Shown: positions 18,951 through 27,552, numbered from the stretch's first letter. The stretch: DNA of 64,000 nt from Rhodospirillaceae bacterium (GCA_038132575.1 JAYPRP010000001.1:78747-142746); one strand, 5' to 3'. The notes: a model not told the origin generated them from the sequence alone. Numbers and translations are program-made.

Positions 18951-20231
18951 ATGTCCGACGCGAAACCGACGATCGCCATCCTGGTGACGATGGACACCAA
19001 GGCCGAAGAAGCCCTGTTCGTCGCGGCTTGCCTGACACGGACCGGCGCCACGCCCTGGATCGTCGATCTTTCTCTGATGCCGCACGACAGCGAGGGCGCC
19101 GACATGACCGGCGGCGATGTCGCCGAGGCCGGCGGGAACGGCTGGGACGCGCTGGCGAAGATGGACCGGCGCGCCGCGTCGGACGCGATGATCGAGGGCG
19201 CGATCAACGTCGTGCGCGGCCGCTTCGACGAAGGTGCGCTCGACGGTGCGATCGGTCTGGGCGGCGCGAACGGCACGACCATGGCGTGCGCGATCATGCG
19301 TGCACTTCCCTATCTGGTGCCCAAGGCGATGGTCAGCGCGGTTGCCGCGACGGCTGCCGTGCAGTGGTACGTGGCCGAGGCGGATATCGCGATGCATGCG
19401 TCGATCGGCGACGTGGCGGTCAACCGCATTACCAAGGCGGCGATAGAGAATGCCGCGGTCGGTGTGGCGGCCGCTGCGACAAACCGAGCAAAGAAGGCCG
19501 GGGAGACGCAGGATCATCCGCCGCTAGTCGCAATTTCGTCCTTCGGTGGCACGGCGGGTTGCGTCGACCGCGCCCAGGCGCTGCTGGAAGCGGAGGGCTA
19601 TGAAGTCATCCTGTTTCATGCATCGGGGATCGGGGGACGGGCGCTTGAGCGCTTGGCGCGCGAGGGGGAATTGGCCGGCGTACTCGACATCACGACCCAC
19701 GAGCTGGCCGATTTCGTCGTCGGTGGTGTTTACGATGCAGGCGGCGAACGCCTGACGGGGGCCGGGGCAATGGGGCTGCCGCAGGTCGTGGTACCGGGCG
19801 CGATCGACCATTCGAACTTCTGGGCCGGGCAGGTGCCCGAGCAGTTCCGTGATCGCGAGTTCTTTCAGTACAACGCGCAGAACCTTCTCATGCGTACCAA
19901 CGGCGCGGAAATGGACGAACTCGGCCGCGCGTTTGCCGAGCGGCTCAATGCCGCGACCGGGCCGGTCCGGGTGCTTGTTCCATCCGAGGGATACAGCGAG
20001 CACACCAAGCGCAAGACGCATGATCTGTCCGAGAACGAGCTCGGACCTTGGGCGCAGCCCGAGACCGATGCGGCGTTCACCGCTACGCTGACCGCGAACC
20101 TGACGCACGGCGCGGTCGAGGAACTTCCCCACCATATTAACGAGGCGGCCTTCGCCGACGCATGCGTTGCCGCCTTCCTTGAACTCATGGGATCCGCGAA
20201 GGGCGGAACCCGTACATCCGGAGCAGCGTGA
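18951..20231 (+). CDS. UPF0261 family protein (Tm-1 N-terminal-like, probable nucleotide-binding)
   Basis: ORF 18951..20231. Start TIAILVTMDTKAEEALFV resembles UPF0261 proteins as I recall them. Function unknown. Confidence 0.7.
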   Translation: MSDAKPTIAILVTMDTKAEEALFVAACLTRTGATPWIVDLSLMPHDSEGADMTGGDVAEAGGNGWDALAKMDRRAASDAMIEGAINVVRGRFDEGALDGAIGLGGANGTTMACAIMRALPYLVPKAMVSAVAATAAVQWYVAEADIAMHASIGDVAVNRITKAAIENAAVGVAAAATNRAKKAGETQDHPPLVAISSFGGTAGCVDRAQALLEAEGYEVILFHASGIGGRALERLAREGELAGVLDITTHELADFVVGGVYDAGGERLTGAGAMGLPQVVVPGAIDHSNFWAGQVPEQFRDREFFQYNAQNLLMRTNGAEMDELGRAFAERLNAATGPVRVLVPSEGYSEHTKRKTHDLSENELGPWAQPETDAAFTATLTANLTHGAVEELPHHINEAAFADACVAAFLELMGSAKGGTRTSGAA

Positions 20232-21952
20232 TGAGTCTTTCCATTGAAGTTGAGAATTACGAGACCGACGTCCTGATCGTCGGCGGCGGCGCAGCCGCGA
20301 CAATGGCTGCGTTCGAGTGCGCCGTCGCGGGCGTCAAGACCATCCAGGTCACCAAGGGCCGCGCGACGAGCGGCACGACAACTGTGGCGCGTGGCGGCTT
20401 CGCGGCGGCCATGGGCAAGGATGACAGCCCCGAACTGCACCTCGCCGACATCCTCAAATATGGTGGCGAGTTGATCGATCCCGAGATGGCGCGCGCCTGG
20501 TGCGAGGATATCGTCCAGATCGTGAAGGACCTCGAAGAGTGGGGCGCGGAGTTCATCCGTGGCGAGGACGGAGAGCTCGACCTCAAGATGTTCCCCAACC
20601 ACACACATCCGCGCGCGTGCCACCACTACGACACCACCGGCAACATGGTGACGAAGGTGCTGTCCAAGCGCCTGCGCGGCGACGATCGGGTCGAGAAGCA
20701 TTCGCTGACGGCGATTGTCGATTTGGTGAAACAGGATGGGCGCGTTGTTGGTGCATGGGGCGTCGACTACCGCAACGCCAAGCTCGTCACCTACACCGCG
20801 CAACAGGTGATCCTGGCGACCGGCGGCGGTAGTGGCCTGTTCTACGTCAACGACAACCCGCCGCAGGTGACCGGTGACGGCTATGTCATGGGCTTCCGGG
20901 CGGGTGCGGACCTGCTGGGGATCGAGATGATCGACTTCCAGGCCATGTGCTGCTCGCCGGAGGAGCTGTTCGGCTTCGCCCCGCATCCGACCGGCTTCAT
21001 CAATGCCGGCGCGGTCTTCCGCAACGAAGACGGCGAGGAGTTCCTGAAGCGCTATTTCCCCGACACGGCCGAGAAGTCGTCGCGCTCTGAGGTCATCCTG
21101 GCGATGGCCAAGGAAATTCATGCGGGCCGAGCCGGATCGACCGGCGGCATCTTCATGGATGCGACGGCGATCCCGATCGAGACGATCCAGAAGCAGATCC
21201 CGCACGTTTACAAGACCTGCCTGCATCGCGGTATCGATATTACCAAGACGCCGCTCGAGGTGGCGCCGGGCAGCCACACATGGCTGGGCGGCCTCGACGT
21301 CGACACCTACGGCCAGAGCTCGATCCCGGGCCTGTTCGCCGCGGGCGAGACGGCCGGCGGCATCCATGGCGGCAACCGCATCGGCGGGTCGGCGCTGGCG
21401 GCATCGCTGGCTTTCGGCCGCCGGGCCGGCCGGAAAGCGGCGGAAATCGTGAACAACGAACCGGTGTCGATCCGGCCCGCGGGCGACGACGTGATCCCCG
21501 AGAGCGAGCGCGAATGGCTCGCCGGCCTGCTGGACCGGACCAAGGGCCCGTTCCAGGGCGATGTGCGCATGCATTGCCGAATGCTCGCCCATGAGAAGCT
21601 GGGGCCGATCCGCGAGGAGAAGACCCTGCGCGAGGCGCTCGAGGAATATGAGCGTATCGAGAGCGAGGACCTCCCGAACCTGCGCCTGTCGGAAGAGGCG
21701 CGCGAGACCGGCAAGGGCCGGGGCGAGGAGATCGAGAGCGCGCTCTCGATCCGCAACCTGGCGCTGCTCGGCCGGATCCTGGCCACGGCAGCGTTGGAAC
21801 GCGAGGAAAGCCGTGGCGCGCACTACCGCCTCGACTATCCCGACACCAACGACGATGACTGGCGCAAGGTGACGCGTCTGCACCTCACCGACGGTGGCGG
21901 GATCGACTTCTCGACCGACCCGGTCAAGGTTCCTGCGGAGGCGGCAGAGTAG
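20231..21952 (+). CDS. FAD-binding flavoprotein of the succinate dehydrogenase / fumarate reductase / L-aspartate oxidase family
   Basis: ORF 20228..21952. ATG 20231 overlaps the upstream TGA (TGATG). DVLIVGGGAAA, ILATGG, GLFAAGETAGGIHGGNRIGGSAL, RGAHYR. Confidence 0.8.
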   Translation: MSLSIEVENYETDVLIVGGGAAATMAAFECAVAGVKTIQVTKGRATSGTTTVARGGFAAAMGKDDSPELHLADILKYGGELIDPEMARAWCEDIVQIVKDLEEWGAEFIRGEDGELDLKMFPNHTHPRACHHYDTTGNMVTKVLSKRLRGDDRVEKHSLTAIVDLVKQDGRVVGAWGVDYRNAKLVTYTAQQVILATGGGSGLFYVNDNPPQVTGDGYVMGFRAGADLLGIEMIDFQAMCCSPEELFGFAPHPTGFINAGAVFRNEDGEEFLKRYFPDTAEKSSRSEVILAMAKEIHAGRAGSTGGIFMDATAIPIETIQKQIPHVYKTCLHRGIDITKTPLEVAPGSHTWLGGLDVDTYGQSSIPGLFAAGETAGGIHGGNRIGGSALAASLAFGRRAGRKAAEIVNNEPVSIRPAGDDVIPESEREWLAGLLDRTKGPFQGDVRMHCRMLAHEKLGPIREEKTLREALEEYERIESEDLPNLRLSEEARETGKGRGEEIESALSIRNLALLGRILATAALEREESRGAHYRLDYPDTNDDDWRKVTRLHLTDGGGIDFSTDPVKVPAEAAE

Positions 21953-22034
21953 CGACCGACAAAAATGTTATAATATAACTGTTTTCATTGACTTTTTTGT
22001 CGATGAAATGTGCCGCTTTTCGCCCGGTCCATGT

Positions 22035-22062
22035 TTGACTAGGTGCCGTTTGTGGATATGAT
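22035..22062 (+). promoter_or_regulatory. Candidate sigma70 promoter upstream of the M24 gene
   Basis: TTGACT, 16-nt spacer, TATGAT, about 110 nt upstream of ATG 22176. A separate extended -10 (TGTTATAAT, 21966-21974) lies further upstream. Pattern match only. Confidence 0.35.
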
Positions 22063-22175
22063 CTGCGCCGATTAGTGCTTTCGTCCGCCCGCATCGATTG
22101 TTCGCATTCGGCCACCAGCGGATCAGGGCGCCTGGTTTGAAAACCTTTACGCATAACGAATGCGAGGAGTGAAAT

Positions 22176-23435
22176 ATGCGATACGGTACGGCGAATTTCG
22201 GCATTGCCGGGGTCGATTGGCAGGAGAAGGTCAACTGGGACCGCCTGCGCAATTATCGGCTCGAACGCGCCCGCGACATGATGAAAAAGGCTGGCCTGGG
22301 TGCCATGCTGGTCATGTATGACGAGAATGTTCGTTACATCACGGGCACGCTGACCCCGGGCTGGAACCGCCTGAAGCCGGGCCTTCGCTACGCGCTGCTA
22401 TGCGGCGATGGCGCGCCGGTCCTGTTCGAGCAGGGCGACATCGGCATGCAGGTCGAGCGTCACGCGCCGTGGATTCCGCCTGAGAACATTCGCTACTCCT
22501 ACGCTTGGATCAAGGGCGCCGCTGGCGGTGCCTCGAAGCAGCAGGTGACCAAGTTCACCAACGCCATCAAGGAAGAGATGAAGCGCTTCGGCGTGGCGGG
22601 CGAGAAGCTTGGCGTCGACTTCGTGGACATCAACATGATGAACCACTTTAAGGAAGAGGGCATTGAGTGGGCCGACGGCATGTCGCCGATGATGGAGGCC
22701 CGCGCCGTCAAGAACCAAGACGAGCAGGAATGCGCGCGCATAGTTGGCGCCATCGGCGACGCGGCCCACTGGGAGTGCATGAAGTTCCTGAAGCCGGGCA
22801 TCACCGAGAACCAGGTGACCGCACACATCATGAAGTTCCTGTACGACATCCCGGGTATGGAGGACGTCGAGGACGTCATCGTCTCCTCGGGTCCAAACAC
22901 CTGGCCGAACTGGCGTAACTTCGGCGATCGAATCATTCAGCCGGGCGACATCGTATTCATGGATCTCGCGGCGCTGACATGGAACGGTTACAAGTCCTGC
23001 TACTACCGAACCTACTGTGTTGGCCGTGAGCCCACACAGGAGATGAAAGATGTTTACGCCACGGCGCTCGACTGGCTGCAGTCGTCGATGGAAGCGGTTA
23101 AGGTCGGAGCGACAACCCGCGACATCGCGCTCAAGTGGCCGTCGGCGAAGGAAGCCTATGGCTACGAGGAAGAGGATCAGGCGGCCGCGAACCTCTGGGG
23201 TCACGGCTTGGGCCTTGCCCAGTACGATCCGCCGGTCATCTCGCGCATCTGGTCGCTCGATCACCCGATCGAGATCCAGGAAGGCATGGTCTTCGCGCTC
23301 GAGACTCAGCACGGCATCCCGTTCAAGTTCGGCGTCCGCATCGAGGAGATGCAGATCGTCCATGCGGACGAGACCGAGGTCATCACCAACTTCCCGGTGA
23401 ACCAGATCACGGTCGTGGACCCGATGCCGCACTAA
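22176..23435 (+). CDS. M24 family hydrolase with creatinase-like N-domain (Xaa-Pro peptidase / creatinase / DddP-like fold)
   Basis: ORF 22176..23435. GAGGAG SD. Pita-bread motifs FMDLAAL..GYKSCYYRT, WGHGLGL, FALET, VRIEEM. Confidence 0.8.
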   Translation: MRYGTANFGIAGVDWQEKVNWDRLRNYRLERARDMMKKAGLGAMLVMYDENVRYITGTLTPGWNRLKPGLRYALLCGDGAPVLFEQGDIGMQVERHAPWIPPENIRYSYAWIKGAAGGASKQQVTKFTNAIKEEMKRFGVAGEKLGVDFVDINMMNHFKEEGIEWADGMSPMMEARAVKNQDEQECARIVGAIGDAAHWECMKFLKPGITENQVTAHIMKFLYDIPGMEDVEDVIVSSGPNTWPNWRNFGDRIIQPGDIVFMDLAALTWNGYKSCYYRTYCVGREPTQEMKDVYATALDWLQSSMEAVKVGATTRDIALKWPSAKEAYGYEEEDQAAANLWGHGLGLAQYDPPVISRIWSLDHPIEIQEGMVFALETQHGIPFKFGVRIEEMQIVHADETEVITNFPVNQITVVDPMPH

Positions 23436-23481
23436 GTTCGCGGCATCGAGCTTCCGAGTGGAGCTTTGACAATCTGAATGG

Positions 23482-23514
23482 GTTCGGCCGGGCGGCATGA
23501 TCGTCCGGCCGAAC
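23482..23514 (+). terminator. Hairpin after the M24 gene (possible terminator/attenuator)
   Basis: GTTCGGCCGG / CCGGCCGAAC 10-bp stem with a 13-nt loop. No clear U-tract. Confidence 0.35.
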
Positions 23515-23560
23515 TTCTAGAGGGGCCCGGCTTGTCGGCCGGACGGCGAAGGTGACGAGA

Positions 23561-24970
23561 ATGGCGAAGTTCGTGGTGGCGCTGGCTGACGAGGCGGCGA
23601 CGAATGCGGAGCGGTTCGGGCCCAAGGCGGCGAACCAGGCGGCGCTGGGTCATGCGGGCCTGCCGACGCCCGGCGGTTTCGTCCTCGGCGCGGACGCCTA
23701 TTTCCACCAGCTCGAATCCCTTGGCCTGGTCGAGGCGGCCGAGCAGGCGGTGACGTTGCCCTTCGTGGAATCGCGCGGCCCCATCGCAGACGTGCGCATC
23801 GGTCTCTTCTCCGAACCCATCGCGCCGAAGATTGAGGCCGAGCTGCTCGACGCCTACCGAACACTCATGGCCGAGCCGGGCATGCGGCTCGCGGTGCGCT
23901 CGTCCTCGCTGATGGAGGATACAGAGGGTTCGTCCTTCGCAGGCCAGTTCCAGACCTTCCTCGGGATCGAGGGCGAGCAGGACTTTTTGACAGCGGTCCG
24001 GGCCTGCTGGGGGGCGCTGTGGTCACCCCAGGCCATGCGCTACATGGAAGACAAGGAAATCAGCGCGATCGACACCGCCATGTCGGTGCTGGTGCAGCCG
24101 CTGGTCGAGGCCGAGGCCTCGGGCGGTGGGTTGAGCCAGACCGCCGACGGCGGCATGTCCGTGAGCGCCACCTGGGGCCTGGGCGAGGCGCTCGCCCAGG
24201 GCGAGGTCGTGCCCGACCGCTACGACCTGACCCCCGAGGGGAAGCTCATCGAGGCGGTCGCGGGACAGGAATTCGAGCACAGCGCCTACTGCCACACGCA
24301 CCAGGCGCCGCCGGCGGCTCACAGTCACGAACATAACCACGAACATGGTCATGACCATGAGCATCATCACGATCATGACCATGCTGCGGCACCTGACACT
24401 CGAAAGCAGTGCCTGAACGCCGATCAGGTGGAGGAACTCGCCCGCTACATGAAGGTGGCGGAGGAGATGATGGGGCTTCCCGTCGAAGTCGAGTGGGCCA
24501 TGGATTCGGCCGGTATCAAGATGCTCCAGGCGCGTCCGCTGCATGTCGAGGAACCGGTGGTGCTTGATGAGGTCTGGCGCGGGCGTCCGGGTCTGCGCGG
24601 CCATCCGGGTGGCATGGGCTGGGGCTCCGGCCGGGCCTGCGTGATCAACTGCGAGTGCGAGATTTCACGCCTCAACCACGGTGATGTGCTGGTCACGAAC
24701 GTTGCCGGGCCGGCTCTTGTCGGCATTCTGCCGCGGGTGTCTGCCATCGTCGCCGAACTGGGCGGGAGCACGTCGCATCTGGCGTCGCTCGGCCGCGAAC
24801 GCGGCATTCCGATGGTGCTCGGCGTTGCCGGTGCGACCCAGCAGATTCCCGATGGCTCCACGGTCGGTGTCGACGGGGTTGCGGGGATCGTGCGCTGGCT
24901 GAAGCCGGAAGTGAACGAGAAGCAACCGATGCCGATGATGCATCCGGGCGAGTTGCGCTCTCCGGGGTGA
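23561..24970 (+). CDS. PEP-utilising-type phosphotransferase: PPDK_N ATP-grasp domain plus swivel phospho-His domain, no TIM-barrel domain
   Basis: ORF 23552..24970. ATG 23561. GPKAANQAAL..GLPTPGGFVL, VRSSSLMEDT..SFAGQ, VEVEWA. C-terminal GGSTSHLASLGRERGIP with the catalytic-type His. His-rich insertion at 24278-24382. Confidence 0.8.
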   Translation: MAKFVVALADEAATNAERFGPKAANQAALGHAGLPTPGGFVLGADAYFHQLESLGLVEAAEQAVTLPFVESRGPIADVRIGLFSEPIAPKIEAELLDAYRTLMAEPGMRLAVRSSSLMEDTEGSSFAGQFQTFLGIEGEQDFLTAVRACWGALWSPQAMRYMEDKEISAIDTAMSVLVQPLVEAEASGGGLSQTADGGMSVSATWGLGEALAQGEVVPDRYDLTPEGKLIEAVAGQEFEHSAYCHTHQAPPAAHSHEHNHEHGHDHEHHHDHDHAAAPDTRKQCLNADQVEELARYMKVAEEMMGLPVEVEWAMDSAGIKMLQARPLHVEEPVVLDEVWRGRPGLRGHPGGMGWGSGRACVINCECEISRLNHGDVLVTNVAGPALVGILPRVSAIVAELGGSTSHLASLGRERGIPMVLGVAGATQQIPDGSTVGVDGVAGIVRWLKPEVNEKQPMPMMHPGELRSPG

Positions 24971-24987
24971 GCCCTTTCCGAGCTCGC

Positions 24988-25992
24988 TCAGTGATCCATG
25001 ATGATTTTCATGCGGCCCTCGGCCTCGCTCGTCAGCATGTCGAGCGCGCCGGCAAGATTCTCGAGCGGCTCGCGGTCGCTGATGATCGGGTCGAGCTTCA
25101 CCACCCCGCGCTTGACCAGGTCCATCGAGGCCACGAAGTCCTGACCCTTTGAAGCGCGGGCATTCAGGATCTGAATTTCCTTGAAGTAGAACTGGTAGAA
25201 CGGCAGTTCAGCCTTGGTCTCGGTGTAGATGCCGAAGGGCATGATCGCGCCGCCGGTTCGCACCATGTCGAAGGCCTGGCCTAGGGTGAGCACCTTGCCG
25301 ACGGACTCGATCACCAGGTCGGCGCCATCGCCCTTGCTGACGGCCTGAATCTTTTCCTTGATGTCGTCGGACGGCGCAAAGGTGTAGTCCGCGCCCAGGG
25401 ACCTGGCGAGATCGAGCTTCCACTGGGACCGGGTGATGCCGATGACCGTGGCGCCGCGCGCCTTAGCGAGCTGGACATGCAACTGGCCCGTCACGCCCAA
25501 CCCGATCACGACCACGACATCGCCGGGGAAGATGTTCGCCATCCGGTGTCCGTGCATGCAGGTGGTCAGCACCTGGATCAGCGGCACCTCGTGATCGGCG
25601 ATTTCGTCGGGTACCGGGTAGCAGTTGGCGGGCGGCACAGCGACCATGTCCGCGAAGCCACCGTTGATGTCGCGCCCGATCAGTCCGCCGCGCGTGCAGA
25701 CATGCTGCTGGTTGTGCAGACAGGCATGGCAGGTGCCGCAGTGATAGACGGGGTCGACCAGCACGCGCTGGCCCGCCTTGGCGTCGGCCGTGCCGTTGAG
25801 AAGTTCGCCGACCATCTCGTGGCCCATGACGATGGGCTTTGGCGCCGGGATTCCGCCGGTCAGGATCTTCTGGTCCGTCCCGCAGATACCCGAGCTTGTG
25901 ACCCGCACCAGAGCCTCGCCCTGGTCCGCCGTCGGCTCCGGGATGTCCTGCAGCTCGACGACGTTGGGTTCCGTCAGCACTATTGCACGCAT
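24988..25992 (-). CDS. Zinc-dependent alcohol/polyol dehydrogenase (MDR family)
   Basis: ORF 24988..26079. GGAGA SD and ATG 25992. GICGTDQ, GHEMVGE, CGTCHAC, GLGVTG motifs. Confidence 0.9.
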   Translation of the reverse strand: MRAIVLTEPNVVELQDIPEPTADQGEALVRVTSSGICGTDQKILTGGIPAPKPIVMGHEMVGELLNGTADAKAGQRVLVDPVYHCGTCHACLHNQQHVCTRGGLIGRDINGGFADMVAVPPANCYPVPDEIADHEVPLIQVLTTCMHGHRMANIFPGDVVVVIGLGVTGQLHVQLAKARGATVIGITRSQWKLDLARSLGADYTFAPSDDIKEKIQAVSKGDGADLVIESVGKVLTLGQAFDMVRTGGAIMPFGIYTETKAELPFYQFYFKEIQILNARASKGQDFVASMDLVKRGVVKLDPIISDREPLENLAGALDMLTSEAEGRMKIIMDH

Positions 25993-26032
25993 GGCGTTCT
26001 CTCCGTGTTGATCGTCCGGGCCCGTCCGGATC

Positions 26033-27007
26033 CTACTTGAACACGTCCGGGTTGGCCGGCCATTTCGGCTGGCCACCATTGAGCACCGTCAGCACGTCGC
26101 CCGCAACGGTCGTCTGCAGATCGAGCAGAGCGTCTTCCGAGTAGAAGGAGGTGTGCGGGTTGATGACCACGTCGTCGCGCCCGAGGATCGGGTCATCTGC
26201 GGCAGGCGGTTCCTGCGGCAGCACGTCGAGGCCTGCGCCCGCGATCTCGCCGGCGTCGAGCGCTGCGACAAGGGCCTTGGTGTCGATCAGTCCGCCACGC
26301 GCGGTGTTCACGATGAAGGCCGAGCTCTTCATCTTCGCGAAGGCCTCGGTCGAGAACATGTTCTCGGTCTCCGGTGTCAGCGGCGCATGCACCGAGACAT
26401 AGTCCGAGCGCTCGAGCAGTGCGTCCATGTCGACCAGCTCGACGCCCTTCTCCTTGGCAAGCTCTGGCTTCACATAGGGATCCGAGGCGATAACGTTGAT
26501 GCCGAAGGCCTGGGCCTTCACGGCGACCAGCTGGGCAATGTTGCCGAAGCCGACCAGACCCATGGTCTTGCCACGGAAGCGCAGGATCGGAACGACGGCG
26601 GGCATCTCCCAGCGGCCCTGCTTGACCAGCTTGTCGGCCAGCGCGGTCTTGCGGGCGGCGGTCAGCAGCAGCGCCATGGTGTGGTCGGAGACCTCGTCGA
26701 GGCAGTATTGCGGAGCATAGACGACGGGGATACCCGCCTCGGTCGCGGCCGCGAGGTCGATATTGTCGAGCCCGATGCCGAAGCGTCCGATCGCGCCACA
26801 TCCGTCGAGCGAGGCGATGACCTTGGCCGTGATCTGGGCGTAGGTCACGAACAGTGCCTTCGCGCCCTTGGCAGCCTCGATGATCGCGTCCTCGGACGTA
26901 TCGGCAGCCATCGTGATTTCGGGATTGAAGCTCGCGAGTACCTCTTCGACGGGTTCCAGCGACGGGAACGGCGAATCGGCGACGGCGAAGGTCGTGCTAT
27001 CAGCCAT
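26033..27007 (-). CDS. D-isomer-specific 2-hydroxyacid dehydrogenase
   Basis: ORF 26033..27007. GLVGFGNIAQ NAD fold, VSVHAPLT, NTARGGLID, HTSF. Confidence 0.9.
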   Translation of the reverse strand: MADSTTFAVADSPFPSLEPVEEVLASFNPEITMAADTSEDAIIEAAKGAKALFVTYAQITAKVIASLDGCGAIGRFGIGLDNIDLAAATEAGIPVVYAPQYCLDEVSDHTMALLLTAARKTALADKLVKQGRWEMPAVVPILRFRGKTMGLVGFGNIAQLVAVKAQAFGINVIASDPYVKPELAKEKGVELVDMDALLERSDYVSVHAPLTPETENMFSTEAFAKMKSSAFIVNTARGGLIDTKALVAALDAGEIAGAGLDVLPQEPPAADDPILGRDDVVINPHTSFYSEDALLDLQTTVAGDVLTVLNGGQPKWPANPDVFK

Positions 27008-27111
27008 CGGACCTCTCCTTTGACAAGATCGTTAACGGTCAGTATTCGGCCGGACTCGTATCAGCCGGTCCGGGCCTTGTCCAGTTGGCGGCAAGAACGG
27101 GTTTTGTGCCG

Positions 27112-27552
27112 TTAGCGCGCGGTTTCCGGCGGGATCGAATAGGTGCCTGTGGCATGCGCGATGGGCGCGTCGCCGCCGCCGGAATAGAGCGTGACCTCGA
27201 GCACCGCGAGGCGCTTGCCGAGCTTGATCACGCGGCAGTCCGCGACGACGTCGCCGGGCGCGGGCCGGCGCAGGAAGTTGATGTTGAGGTTGGTGGTCAC
27301 GGCGAGCGCCACCGCGCCGATCGCGCCCATGAGCGCCGCGTACATGCCGAAATCCGTAAGAGCCATCATCACGGGTCCGCTGATGGTGCCGCCGGGGCGC
27401 ATATAATCTTCGCTGTAGGGCGCGCGCACCCGTGCGGTGCCGTCGCCGATGGTCTCGGCATGGAAGCCGTACTGGGCGGCGATGGGGAGTTCTTCGTCGG
27501 TCAGCGCGTTGAAGGCTTCGGGCGTGATTTTCGGCATGATGTTCCAGACCAT
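27112..27552 (-). CDS. PaaI-family hotdog thioesterase
   Basis: C-terminal 146 codons of ORF 27112..28536 from ATG 27552 (or 27537). RPGGTISGPVMMALTDFG and a hotdog-like C-terminus. The upstream part of the ORF is antisense to the DMT gene. Confidence 0.8.
   Translation of the reverse strand: MVWNIMPKITPEAFNALTDEELPIAAQYGFHAETIGDGTARVRAPYSEDYMRPGGTISGPVMMALTDFGMYAALMGAIGAVALAVTTNLNINFLRRPAPGDVVADCRVIKLGKRLAVLEVTLYSGGGDAPIAHATGTYSIPPETAR

Noticed and set aside
19865-21883. A long antisense ORF (672 aa) opposite the flavoprotein gene. Similar ones lie opposite mutL (52171..53793), xseA (57956..59623), the DUF3035/M16 genes (47574..49154) and the M23/lpxK genes (59620..61440).
   Set aside because: The explanation is the same GC-rich shadow-frame effect. 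The sense-strand genes carry clear family motifs and the antisense translations carry none.
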